Shown: one piece after another, positions 49,486-59,146 of the stretch
Position numbering within the stretch: the stretch's first letter is position 1
Layout of the letters: each line of letters starts with the position of its first letter
Assembly (NCBI GenBank): GCA_044224875.1
Contig: JBGAJQ010000027.1
Span: 1 to 61,765, forward strand
Origin: Gemmatimonadaceae bacterium
GTDB taxonomy: Bacteria; Gemmatimonadota; Gemmatimonadetes; Gemmatimonadales; Gemmatimonadaceae
Direction of reading: 5' to 3'
DNA: 61,765 bases
Program-made: the position numbers and the translations under genes
The notes under the pieces: model-generated
What the model was told of the DNA's origin: nothing
What the model saw: the letters and a program-made list of their open reading frames with translations, nothing else
Databases searched by the model: none

Positions 49486-50913
49486 ATGACGCGTCACGCA
49501 TTCACGCTCGCGCTCTTCGCCACCGTCAGCCTCGGCTGTGCCGATCAACCCGACTCCCCGGTTGGTCCCAACCGATCCCTCGCCACGGATGTCTCCTCGG
49601 ACATCCTCAACTCCGCCCAACTGGATGCCGCGTCCCTTGGGCGGGCCTTCCTCGGCGGCGCCACCACCGTCTTCGACTCGACGAGCACCGCATTCGGACA
49701 TCCCAGTGCCAATTTGGATGCGGTGGCCATGCTCCTGCACGACGCCGGCGATGAGGCGTTCGACAGCGTGTTCACGCCGACGACTGGCATTGGGCCGCTG
49801 TTCCACAACGAGTCGTGCGCCAGCTGCCACATCGGAGACGGACGTGGGCGACCGCCGATTCTGCCGGGCGAGCAGATGGCCACCATGCTGTTCCGCGCCA
49901 GCATCCCGGGTTCGAACCCGGTTGGCGGACCGAATCCCGCGCCCGGTTTCGGCGACCAGTTCCAACCGCGTGCCAATCCCGGCTTTTCTCCTGAAGGCGA
50001 TATCTCCTTCAACTACGTCGAGAACCCCGGGCAGTACGCGGACGGAGGCGCGTACTCCCTGCGCGCGCCGACGTATGCGGTGATCAATCCCTGGACCGTT
50101 GTGCCTCCTGGATTCATGCTGAGCCCGCGAATCGCGCCGCCAGTCTTCGGCTTGGGATTGCTCGAGGCAATACCAACGTCCTCGCTCACGCTGCTGGCCG
50201 ATCCATCTGATCGAAATCACGACGGCATCTCCGGCCGACTCAATCGCGTCTACGACGTCGCCAGCGGTCGCCAAGTGATCGGCCGCTTCGGCCTCAAGAG
50301 CAACACGCCCAACCTCACGCAGCAAGCGGCTGGGGCCTACAACGGTGACATGGGCGTGACCACCAACCTCCTGCCGCACGAAAGTTGTGAAGGGCAGTTC
50401 TCCGCGCCCGAGTGCTCGCCGCACGCGGCTGAGGTAGATGACTCCACGTTGAATGCGGTCGCCTTCTACACACGCACGCTCGGTGTGCCCGCGCGCCGGG
50501 GACTTCGCGATCCTAACGCGAATCGCGGGGAGCGAGTGTTTCTCGCCATCGGTTGCAGCTCCTGTCACATCCCCATCATCACCACCGCAGCGGTGCCGGG
50601 CATCCCTTCGGTTTCCAACCAGATCATCCGCCCGTTCACGGACCTGCTGCTGCATGACATGGGACCTGGCCTCAGTGACAATCGACCCGACTTTCTTGCC
50701 TCGGGCCAGGAGTGGCGCACCCCACCACTCTGGGGCATTGGGCTGGTCAACACCGTGAACGGACACACGCTCTTCCTGCACGACGGGCGGGCGCGCAACC
50801 TGGAAGAAGCCATTCTGTGGCACGACGGAGAGGGCTTTGGCGCGCGCGAAGCGTTCCGAAAGCTGGCGGTCCGCGACCGGACGGCGTTGATCGCGTTCCT
50901 CAATTCGCTCTGA
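49486..50913 (+). CDS. Di-heme oxidoreductase family (DHOR-like) lipoprotein
   Basis: RBS GAGGAGG, lipobox SLGC, GIGPLF, CASCH, CSSCH, TDLLLHDMG, WRTPPLWGIG, LHDGRA. Confidence 0.88.
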   Translation: MTRHAFTLALFATVSLGCADQPDSPVGPNRSLATDVSSDILNSAQLDAASLGRAFLGGATTVFDSTSTAFGHPSANLDAVAMLLHDAGDEAFDSVFTPTTGIGPLFHNESCASCHIGDGRGRPPILPGEQMATMLFRASIPGSNPVGGPNPAPGFGDQFQPRANPGFSPEGDISFNYVENPGQYADGGAYSLRAPTYAVINPWTVVPPGFMLSPRIAPPVFGLGLLEAIPTSSLTLLADPSDRNHDGISGRLNRVYDVASGRQVIGRFGLKSNTPNLTQQAAGAYNGDMGVTTNLLPHESCEGQFSAPECSPHAAEVDDSTLNAVAFYTRTLGVPARRGLRDPNANRGERVFLAIGCSSCHIPIITTAAVPGIPSVSNQIIRPFTDLLLHDMGPGLSDNRPDFLASGQEWRTPPLWGIGLVNTVNGHTLFLHDGRARNLEEAILWHDGEGFGAREAFRKLAVRDRTALIAFLNSL

Positions 50914-51085
50914 CGTCTCGGAGTAACGGGGGGCGCCCACGCTGGCGCCCTCCGGCGAATCGTGTGCACCCCGGCCGCGTTGGGGGCCGGGTGGATGTCG
51001 GATTGTCCGCAGCAACTCGGACAGCCATCTTACGGGACGTGCGTGAGCGCCAACGATGGTGTGCGCGCCCCTGTTGAACGCAACT

Positions 51086-51115
51086 TTGCCGATGACCCCG
51101 GGAGCACCGTAAAAT
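51086..51115 (+). promoter_or_regulatory. Possible sigma70-like promoter giving a near-leaderless NiCoT transcript
   Basis: TTGCCG-18 nt-TAAAAT ending 10 nt before the ATG; no Shine-Dalgarno visible. Confidence 0.35.
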
Positions 51116-51125
51116 CGGAAGCCCA

Positions 51126-51947
51126 ATGAATGCGCTGGCCCTGTCCGCGTTAGGCCTTTTCCTCGGCATGCGGCATGCCACCGACCCGGATCACGTGGTC
51201 GCAGTCACGACGATTGTGGCGCGACATCGCAGTCTTCGCGGCGCCGCACTCGTCGGAGCCGTTTGGGGGATCGGTCATACCCTTACGCTCGTGGTGGTCG
51301 GCGGAGCCATCGTGCTGCTGGGCTGGGTCATTCCTCCGCGCGTTGGCCTGTCCATGGAACTTGCCGTTGGCGTGATGTTGATCGTCCTCGGCGTCATGAA
51401 CCTGACAGGAGCCCTCAAGAGCGCACAGGAGGCCGCCCTGGGCGTCGAGCCAGGCTCTCCTCAGGCGCAACATGCGCACGTGCATACCCACGCGCACGCC
51501 CACGGCGACTACGTGCACACCCACGCTCATACACACCAGCCCGAGGTCCACCCGCACGATCCCAAGCGCACGCCGTTGGCGTGGCTCGATCGTCATCTGG
51601 CCGGGTTGAAGCTGTACCAACTTACTCGTCCCCTCATCGTGGGTATCGTCCACGGACTGGCAGGATCGGCGGCGGTCGCCTTGCTGGTGCTCACAACCAT
51701 CGGCGATCCGCGGTGGGCCCTGCTCTACCTCCTGATCTTCGGCATCGGGACCATCGCCGGCATGATGCTCATCACGACGCTCCTTGGGGTGCCCTTTGCT
51801 GCCGCTGGCGCCCGCATGGTCCGCCTGCAGCGTGGACTCCGCCTAACGACCGGCGTGATCTCGCTGGTGTTCGGGTTGGTCCTTGCCTATCAAATCGGCT
51901 TCGTGCACGGACTCTTCGTAGGTCAGCCGGACTGGACGCCTCGCTAG
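51126..51947 (+). CDS. Nickel/cobalt transporter (NiCoT/UreH-like)
   Basis: RHATDPDH signature, GIGHT, His-rich loop, HGLAGS. Confidence 0.88.
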   Translation: MNALALSALGLFLGMRHATDPDHVVAVTTIVARHRSLRGAALVGAVWGIGHTLTLVVVGGAIVLLGWVIPPRVGLSMELAVGVMLIVLGVMNLTGALKSAQEAALGVEPGSPQAQHAHVHTHAHAHGDYVHTHAHTHQPEVHPHDPKRTPLAWLDRHLAGLKLYQLTRPLIVGIVHGLAGSAAVALLVLTTIGDPRWALLYLLIFGIGTIAGMMLITTLLGVPFAAAGARMVRLQRGLRLTTGVISLVFGLVLAYQIGFVHGLFVGQPDWTPR

Positions 51948-51951
51948 TTCG

Positions 51952-53691
51952 TCAGGCGGCGAGAACCTGCTGAACCTCTCGCATGGCTTCGAGGGCGCGA
52001 TGCACGTCTTCGACGCACCCTTCCAGTTCCGACGCCGACGTCCCATCCGCCAACGCGACGTGGCACGCGGCCCGTACCGCGGCCGTCGCTTCCAGCATGC
52101 GTTGCACCTGCTCTTCCCGGCGACGACTGACGGCGGATCGCTCGTCGCCTGACGCCGGGGCGGTCGCAGCGTCGGACGCCTCGCTGTCCCAGTGGTCGAG
52201 CAGCTGGTCGGCCATGGCGATGTCCCGTGCGGCTGCGCAGGCCGCCACAAACAGTTCGTGCACGCTCGGTGCGACGCTCGCCAGCTCGGGATGGTCGCCT
52301 TGCAACCGGTGAAAGGTGCGAACCGCGGCGGTGAGCGTTGTCAGCAGGGAGCGCGCCGTGCCTTCGCGTACCGCCGACAAGCTGGAAATCGCCAGGTCAT
52401 TCAATCGACCGGGTAGCAGGCCCCGTCGCCGCGACATCGCGAGTGGGCGCTTCAACGAGCGCTCGGCGACGAACAGCAACCCGAAGGCCACGACAATCGG
52501 CGTCCAGTACGTGGCGATCGTGCCCGCGCGAACACCGGCAACGCCAGCGATCATCACGAGCATGGAGAGGAGAAGTGTCGACCTGGGAATCGCCGTCCAG
52601 GCGAGTCGCTGCGGCACGGCTACCGCGTCGCGACCATGCTCTCGCAGGCGCCGCACCGCCGCATCTCCAATCGACGACGGTACGCGAGCGGTCGCGTAGT
52701 CCTCGCCGCGTACGACCACGAGCGTGTCTGCGCTCTTGTCCTCCGCCTGCGCGCACAAGTCGCAGACGCCGTTCCCAAGAGCATCCACGTCGTCACACAC
52801 CAGGCAACGTTCCTGAGCGGTCACGCTCCATGTAGACGAGGCACCCGCGTCGAGCGCCGCCAGCAAACGTTCGCAGGACGGCATGCGATCGCGCGGATCG
52901 GGGGCCGTCAGCGATGCCAGAAGGTCATCGAACCACGTCGGCACATCCGGACGCCACGCGGAACATCGCACCCCCTGCCCGGTGGCCCGATCTGCCGTGG
53001 TGCCGCGCGGCCCGCGTTCCGGAAGTTGGCCTGTCAGGGCATAGATCACCGTCATTCCCAGCGCGTATAAGTCGTCGCGCGCATCGGCACGACCGCCAGT
53101 CGCAACGTTTGGCGATACATAACCTACCGTCCCGATAATGGTGCCGGTTCGCGTCAACGTGGCCGCGCTCGCGACGTGCGCCGAGCCAAAGTCCGTCAAC
53201 AGGGCGTCGCCGCTGGCGTCGATCAGGATGTTCTGCGGCTTGACGTCGCGGTGCAGCACGCCGCGCTTGTGTGCGACACGCAGCGCCTCCGCCATCTCTC
53301 GCAGGATTCGCTTCGACTCCTCCACTCCGATGGCGCCATGTGTGCGCACGCGCTCGGCGAGTGTGGTGCCTTCGATGAGCCGCATGACGATGAATGACTG
53401 TTCTCCGTCGTCCACAAAGTCGTGCACGGCGACGATATGCGGATGTGAGAGCTGACGGACGACGTCGACTTCGCGTCGCATGCGCTCGCGTGTGAGCTCT
53501 GCCGTCGCTGGCGGCGGCACAAGGAGCTTGATGGCGACCAGCGACCGAACGCTCTCGTCTCTTGCCGCGTACACCGCCGAGTATCCACCGCGACCGATTT
53601 CCCGCAGGATCGTGTAGCGCCCGACGAGTTGGGTTCCGGCGCGAAGATAGGGACGCGGCGAGGCTCCGGCGGCGCTCGCGTCGGACATCAT
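51952..53691 (-). CDS. Hanks-type Ser/Thr protein kinase with CxxC-CxxC motif and two TMs
   Basis: IGRGG, VAIK, HRDVKPQN, DFG; CLVC...CDLC; ATG overlaps the upstream stop. Confidence 0.87.
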   Translation of the reverse strand: MMSDASAAGASPRPYLRAGTQLVGRYTILREIGRGGYSAVYAARDESVRSLVAIKLLVPPPATAELTRERMRREVDVVRQLSHPHIVAVHDFVDDGEQSFIVMRLIEGTTLAERVRTHGAIGVEESKRILREMAEALRVAHKRGVLHRDVKPQNILIDASGDALLTDFGSAHVASAATLTRTGTIIGTVGYVSPNVATGGRADARDDLYALGMTVIYALTGQLPERGPRGTTADRATGQGVRCSAWRPDVPTWFDDLLASLTAPDPRDRMPSCERLLAALDAGASSTWSVTAQERCLVCDDVDALGNGVCDLCAQAEDKSADTLVVVRGEDYATARVPSSIGDAAVRRLREHGRDAVAVPQRLAWTAIPRSTLLLSMLVMIAGVAGVRAGTIATYWTPIVVAFGLLFVAERSLKRPLAMSRRRGLLPGRLNDLAISSLSAVREGTARSLLTTLTAAVRTFHRLQGDHPELASVAPSVHELFVAACAAARDIAMADQLLDHWDSEASDAATAPASGDERSAVSRRREEQVQRMLEATAAVRAACHVALADGTSASELEGCVEDVHRALEAMREVQQVLAA

Positions 53692-54314
53692 CGCGCGGTG
53701 TCCAACGGCGCTTCGATCAGCTTGGCGCCCTTCGCGTCGATCCGTGACAGCATCCCTTCGGCGCTGGACCTCCAGCCATCCGTGGCGTCGTACACGCGCA
53801 GGAACTCCTGAAGGTTTACCCGCGGCCGTTCGAGCTGACCGAGCTGGAACTCGCTGGATCCCGCGTGATACAGCGCCATGTAGTTGTTTGGCCAGTACTC
53901 GATCACCAGTTCCATCATCGGCCCCGCCGATCGGTCGTCCCCCATGTCCGCCACGGGATGCCCGACTTCGAACACGATCCCCGCCGCGCGTCCGCGCTCG
54001 CTGGGCGGCAGTCGCTGGATGAGTGCGCGCGCCGAATCGATATGGCCGGCCAGCGCGTAGCACGCTGCGCCGAATCCCTGTCCCTCCGCACCAGCTGGCG
54101 GCGGGTCCGACGACATGTGCGTGACGACTTCCACCGAGTTACAGAACGGCTTTGCGCGCGGAAACCACCTTTGCTCGGGCTGCGCAGCGGGCGTCGGTGG
54201 AATCGGTGCGGGTGCGGTGGCAGCAACTACGGGTGTACTCGGCGCCCGGGCGACGATGCTGGCGACCGAGATAACTACAAACGCCCAAGAGATGATCTTG
54301 ACGTAGCGAAGCAT
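53688..54314 (-). CDS. Hypothetical exported or membrane-anchored helical (TPR-like) protein
   Basis: N-terminal hydrophobic segment, Pro-rich linker, TPR-like WPNNYMALYHAG; translationally coupled to the kinase. Confidence 0.65.
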   Translation of the reverse strand: MLRYVKIISWAFVVISVASIVARAPSTPVVAATAPAPIPPTPAAQPEQRWFPRAKPFCNSVEVVTHMSSDPPPAGAEGQGFGAACYALAGHIDSARALIQRLPPSERGRAAGIVFEVGHPVADMGDDRSAGPMMELVIEYWPNNYMALYHAGSSEFQLGQLERPRVNLQEFLRVYDATDGWRSSAEGMLSRIDAKGAKLIEAPLDTAR

Positions 54315-54712
54315 GAATGCGCGCTGGCAGGATGTCCTCTGGGAGACGACGGCATCCCATCGCAGTTACACGCTGTGTGACATTCGACGTCGCGCGCGTG
54401 ACGGGCAAAGCCACGCCCCTGTGACCAACCGCGGCGAGGTCGTCGTCGTCCTTGGGGACCTGACAGGAGCGGCGCCGGGTTCGCGAGGTTCCCCGAGACT
54501 TCTGCCGGAACCGGCGCCTGTGACGCGCTCCCATCCTCCGGCTTCAAAAACTCCGGACCGTGCATCGTCTTTTCATTTATGGCTCCGCGCATTTCGCCCG
54601 AAGCTAGATTGTGGCATCTTGCACCCGCCGCATTGTCGGCGCATATCGCCGGCCATGGGAGCGCTAGCCCGACGACTCCTCCCCTCCCGTCACGTTTGAC
54701 CCAAGGAGCCCC

Positions 54713-55765
54713 GTGACTTCGCTTTCGATCGCCACTGAAAGTGCGCCCCTGTCGCGCAACGCATCCACGGAAGAAAGCCGTCGCTGGCAGCAACAGGCCG
54801 CCCAGTTCAGGGCAAGAAGTACATCGCGTGCCGTTCTCGAGCTGACGACGACCGTCCTGCCGTTGCTGGCTCTGTTCGTCTTGATGTTCCTGAGCCTCGA
54901 CTACTCGTACTGGCTCACGTTGGCACTGGCCATCCCGACCGCCGGCTTCCATGTGCGAACGTTTATCATCATGCACGACTGTGCGCACGGTTCGTTTACG
55001 CCTAACAAGACGGCGAATGAACTGATTGGCACCGCTACCGGGTTTGCTTCGCTCACGCCGTTTGCGCAGTGGCGCCGTGAACACGCCATTCATCACGCCT
55101 CATCCGGCGACCTGGATCGACGCGGGCATGGCGATATCGACACGCTGACCGTTCGTGAATACCTCGCCCTCTCGCCGGTGCAGCGATTCAAGTATCGCAT
55201 CATCCGGAACCCCCTGATCCTGCTGATCTTTGGCCCGATTTTCCTGTTCATCACGCACCGGTTGCCGCTGTCCGCGGGTGAGCGTTCGCTGCACACAGTG
55301 TCCATCATGGTAACGAACGTGGTGATCGTCGCTTGTCTTGTCCTGGCGCACTACACCATCGGAGTTGGGAACCTGCTCGCCGTCTATGTGCCGGTGACGC
55401 TGCTCGCCGGCGCCATGGGCATTTGGCTGTTTTACGTGCAGCACCAGTTCGAAGGGGCGTACTGGGAGCGGCATGCGTCGTGGGACTACGCCACGGCTGC
55501 GATGCGCGGCAGCTCGTACTACCGCCTTCCGCGCGTCTTGGAGTGGATGACGGGGAGCATTGGCTTGCACCACATCCATCACCTGGACCCGAAGATTCCG
55601 AGCTACCGGTTGCGTCGCTGTCACGATTCGACACCTGAGTTCCGCGAGGTACCGGAACTCACGATTCGGACAAGCCTGAAGTCGATCGGGCTGAGACTCT
55701 GGGATGAAGAGGAAGGACGGCTGATCGGCTTCCGCTACCTGCACCGAAAGCTGCGCGCCGGCTGA
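54713..55765 (+). CDS. Membrane fatty acid desaturase
   Basis: His boxes HDCAH, HAIHH, HHIHH; RBS AAGGAG. Confidence 0.92.
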   Translation: MTSLSIATESAPLSRNASTEESRRWQQQAAQFRARSTSRAVLELTTTVLPLLALFVLMFLSLDYSYWLTLALAIPTAGFHVRTFIIMHDCAHGSFTPNKTANELIGTATGFASLTPFAQWRREHAIHHASSGDLDRRGHGDIDTLTVREYLALSPVQRFKYRIIRNPLILLIFGPIFLFITHRLPLSAGERSLHTVSIMVTNVVIVACLVLAHYTIGVGNLLAVYVPVTLLAGAMGIWLFYVQHQFEGAYWERHASWDYATAAMRGSSYYRLPRVLEWMTGSIGLHHIHHLDPKIPSYRLRRCHDSTPEFREVPELTIRTSLKSIGLRLWDEEEGRLIGFRYLHRKLRAG

Positions 55766-55780
55766 TCGCCGGCCACCGGC

Positions 55781-56485
55781 CTACTCTTTCGATCGCCGCT
55801 GACGCCTGGCCCCGCTGGGGGCAGGTCGCTTCTTCGCTGAGGCCTTCTTCGCACCGTCCGAGGGCGTACGCGTGCCGGTGGTGCGCGCCGGTGCGGTGCG
55901 TGATGTTGCCTCTGACGGCGTGTCCTGCCCTGCGGACGCCGGCGCGGACGGCGTAGCGGCTGACGGTGGCGAGGCAGGCGCCTCTTCTCGGTACGGCGAT
56001 TCCTCGAGATACGGGGACTCCTCGTCCGCGCGACGCGTGAAAACCAGGCGCGGCGCCGTCGATCGCTTGCGCGCGCCGGGAGCGGGAAGGGTGACCTCGT
56101 CCCCCACCATGTGCCGCAGCATGTCCAGAATGCCGTGGCTCAGGTGCTGCCCGTACACATACAGGTGTTTCGCGCGCGACTTGTTCGCCAGCAAGTAGGC
56201 CAGGAATGGCTTGTCCGCCTTGGCTGTGTTGCACCGCTTGCAGGCCAGGACCAGGTTGTCCCGCCGATCGTACGCCGTTTGGCCGCGACGCGGGGTGACA
56301 TGATCCAGCGTGAGCGTGCGGGCCGGAAACGTGCCGCCACAGTACGCGCACACGGGGCCGTGCGAATCGAGCAGCCAGTGCCGAGTCTCCGCGTACGCCG
56401 CGCGCCCCGTCGGGTGGGAGGTATGCCGGGACGGTCGCACGGCCCCGCGCCGCGGCGGCCGACGACGTTTGCGTGGTTGAGACAT
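55781..56485 (-). CDS. HNH endonuclease domain protein
   Basis: CAYCG, DHVTP, NLVLACKRCN; basic low-complexity tails. Confidence 0.82.
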   Translation of the reverse strand: MSQPRKRRRPPRRGAVRPSRHTSHPTGRAAYAETRHWLLDSHGPVCAYCGGTFPARTLTLDHVTPRRGQTAYDRRDNLVLACKRCNTAKADKPFLAYLLANKSRAKHLYVYGQHLSHGILDMLRHMVGDEVTLPAPGARKRSTAPRLVFTRRADEESPYLEESPYREEAPASPPSAATPSAPASAGQDTPSEATSRTAPARTTGTRTPSDGAKKASAKKRPAPSGARRQRRSKE

Positions 56486-56798
56486 GGGAACAAGATAGCA
56501 GCGCGAGGATGCAGCGCGCGTGAATGACGGTTAAGCTCGTGCGCGTGCCGATGTCGTCGAACCTACCTTCGGGTCACGCTCAGGCCGTGACCCTTCAAGA
56601 TCGCGTTGGTAATCGCGCTCATCGTGGCCTGCCCGATGCCGTCCGGTGGTCGGCTGTGGTGCTCCTGATCCCGGCGTTGGGGCTGTACGTGTAGAAGAAC
56701 GCGAAATTGTCGGCGCGGTTTGGAAGCGCATGGAGCGCCTATGTGCAGCAGACCGGTCGATTTCTACCGCGACTTCGCTCGCGGAAATCGGGAGACTC

Positions 56799-57428
56799 AT
56801 GACTCACGGGCCCTCACCAGACACGCGTCACCCCATCCCCGGTGTCACGCGCACCGCCTTCCTCAAGCCATTCATCACACGGCCTAACATCGTCGTCGGC
56901 GACTACACCTATTACGATGATCCGCGGGGGCCCGAGCAGTTCGAACAGAACGTGCTGTACCATTTTGAATTCAATGGCGACCGCTTGATCATCGGCAAGT
57001 ATTGCTCGATTGCTGCTGACGTCCGCTTCATCATGAACGGCGGCAACCATCCGACGACGTGGCTGACGACGTACCCGTTCCCGATCTTTGGTCAGGGTTG
57101 GGAAGTGGCCATGCCAAGCAGCTGGCCCAAACGGGGAGACACCGTCGTCGGGAACGATGTGTGGGTCGGCTATGGCGCCACGATCATGCCAGGCGTGCAC
57201 ATCGCAGACGGCGCCATCGTTGCCACCGCCTCCGTCGTCACCAAGGATGTGCCACCGTACGCGATCGTGGGAGGAAATCCGGCGACCGTACTTCGCTACC
57301 GTTTCGATGAGGCCACCATCGCCAAGCTGTTGTCCCTCCGATGGTGGAACTGGGACCCCGAGGTCGTCTCGCGGCACGTGTCGGCACTGTGCAGCGGCAA
57401 TCTGCAAGGCCTGACCGCGACACCCTAA
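56799..57428 (+). CDS. Vat/CatB-related hexapeptide O-acetyltransferase
   Basis: [57 protein letters not shown]. Confidence 0.9.
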   Translation: MTHGPSPDTRHPIPGVTRTAFLKPFITRPNIVVGDYTYYDDPRGPEQFEQNVLYHFEFNGDRLIIGKYCSIAADVRFIMNGGNHPTTWLTTYPFPIFGQGWEVAMPSSWPKRGDTVVGNDVWVGYGATIMPGVHIADGAIVATASVVTKDVPPYAIVGGNPATVLRYRFDEATIAKLLSLRWWNWDPEVVSRHVSALCSGNLQGLTATP

Positions 57429-57457
57429 CGACTCATCGCGCCGATGCGCGCCGGTCC

Positions 57458-58576
57458 TTAGCGCGGGAGGGCGTAGCGCTCGAGGAACTGCAGTCCGTCG
57501 TCGTCCGTCCTCACCACAATGGCACCGCGCGATGAGAGGATCATGAGACGATGCGAGACCGGCATCGTCGCCGTCGCGACCAAACGAGCGCCGCGATCGA
57601 AGACGTCATACCGCACGACCGTGGCGCCGGCCCGCGTTGCGCGCCGCACCCAGGTCTCGCCGCCGATTCCAACCACCACCGCCCCTGGTAGAAAGACCGG
57701 CTTCGTTTGTGGCCAGGGAATGGTGTTCGGGTCGATCGTGGCACCGTTCGGCTGCATGGACAAGTACTCTCGCTTGTCCGCCGGCGTCACCGGCAGCTCC
57801 TCCGCCGGAACCACCACGCCGCGCACCAGCGACCCGGCCGCAGGCACCAAATCCAGGCGATATGGCGCACGTCGGGCCACGGGCAGCGTCCCGTCAGATG
57901 CAACGACCCATTCGTCACCTACCGCGAACGGGGCGCGCATGACGTTCACCGCCGTGACCTGCTTCCCTTCCATCGTCACCTGGACGCGAGTTTGGGGAGT
58001 GGCGGCGGTCGCGAGGCGCGTCATACCGCCACCGCGCCGGTCCGTGCGGACGATCGCCACCGACTCGGCCGGTTGCATGGCTTGCGCCTTCCTCGTGTTA
58101 CCGCGACCCTGGAAGTACAAGCGCCCCATCGCGTCTGCCGCGCGGAGTGACATTGGTGTCAGACCGGAATCAGTCGCCGCGGATCCGAAACCGGTCACGA
58201 CGTCGCCGGGCGTGCCGTTCGGCCGCACCACAAGAATGCGCGCTCCGTCAGCATCCACGACCCACGTGGTATCGCCCGGCAGCGCAACCAACCGAATGGC
58301 TCGGCCATACTCGCCGGGCCCCTGACCCTTGCGCCCAATCGCCTGAACACTTCCCTTGGCGAAGTCAACGATCGCTACTCGCTGCTCCTGTTCATCCAGG
58401 ACGATCAGACGGCCATCCGAAAGTTCGCGAACGCCCGCTATCTCAGAGAACGATTCCTGGAACGCGGCAGTCGGCCGTGTCGCGAGGTGTCGCTCGGGAA
58501 GCTGCGCTTGCAGTGCTCCAGGCACGATCAGGCATGCGCTACAGATTTGCGCACAATGGACGAACGAGGATCGCAT
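57458..58576 (-). CDS. Secreted 6-bladed beta-propeller hypothetical protein
   Basis: Signal peptide, VRELSDGR, IGRKGQGPGEY, YDVFDRG, C-terminal DDDGLQFLERY. Confidence 0.7.
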   Translation of the reverse strand: MRSSFVHCAQICSACLIVPGALQAQLPERHLATRPTAAFQESFSEIAGVRELSDGRLIVLDEQEQRVAIVDFAKGSVQAIGRKGQGPGEYGRAIRLVALPGDTTWVVDADGARILVVRPNGTPGDVVTGFGSAATDSGLTPMSLRAADAMGRLYFQGRGNTRKAQAMQPAESVAIVRTDRRGGGMTRLATAATPQTRVQVTMEGKQVTAVNVMRAPFAVGDEWVVASDGTLPVARRAPYRLDLVPAAGSLVRGVVVPAEELPVTPADKREYLSMQPNGATIDPNTIPWPQTKPVFLPGAVVVGIGGETWVRRATRAGATVVRYDVFDRGARLVATATMPVSHRLMILSSRGAIVVRTDDDGLQFLERYALPR

Positions 58577-58645
58577 GACGGACAGCGTACGCGATCGCGC
58601 GGGCTTTTGCCACTGCCACGCCTCGCGGATGCTCGCGACAAACAC

Positions 58646-59146
58646 TCACCCCAGCGTTGGCCCTGGCGCGGGATGACTCGGCTGGTGTCCGCGCTTGTAC
58701 ACCATGATGGTTCGACGGAACTGAAGTACCACGGTCCCATCTTGCTTGTAGCCCGACGTCCTGACTTCCACGATTCCCATGTGCGGCCGAGAGGCGGAGT
58801 CGCGGACACTCAGGACCTCGGTCTGGGCGTAGATCGTGTCCCCTTCGAACACTGGCGCCGGCATGCGTACTTCGTCCCAGCCCAGGTTGACCGCATAACG
58901 CGAGATGTCCGAGACCGACAACCCGGTGACGAGCGCCAGGGTGAGGCAGGAGTTCACCAGCGGTCGTCCCCACTCGGTCTGGGAGGCGTAGTGCGCATCG
59001 AAGTGGATGGGGTTCGCATTCACAGTGAGGAGCGTGAACCAGGTGTTGTCGGTCGCGGAGACGGTGCGGCCTAACGCGTGCCGAACGACCTGCCCCACGA
59101 CAAAGTCCTCAAGGCAGCGGCCATCCGAAGAGTCGACGGAAGTCAT
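58646..59146 (-). CDS. MaoC family (R)-hydratase/dehydratase
   Basis: EDFVVG, RTVSATDN, NPIHFD, NLGWDEV, PVFEGDT. Confidence 0.9.
   Translation of the reverse strand: MTSVDSSDGRCLEDFVVGQVVRHALGRTVSATDNTWFTLLTVNANPIHFDAHYASQTEWGRPLVNSCLTLALVTGLSVSDISRYAVNLGWDEVRMPAPVFEGDTIYAQTEVLSVRDSASRPHMGIVEVRTSGYKQDGTVVLQFRRTIMVYKRGHQPSHPAPGPTLG

Noticed and set aside
50914..51125. NiCo or cobalamin riboswitch upstream of the NiCoT gene
   Set aside because: Hairpins are present but I could not recognise the conserved riboswitch cores; a covariance search is needed
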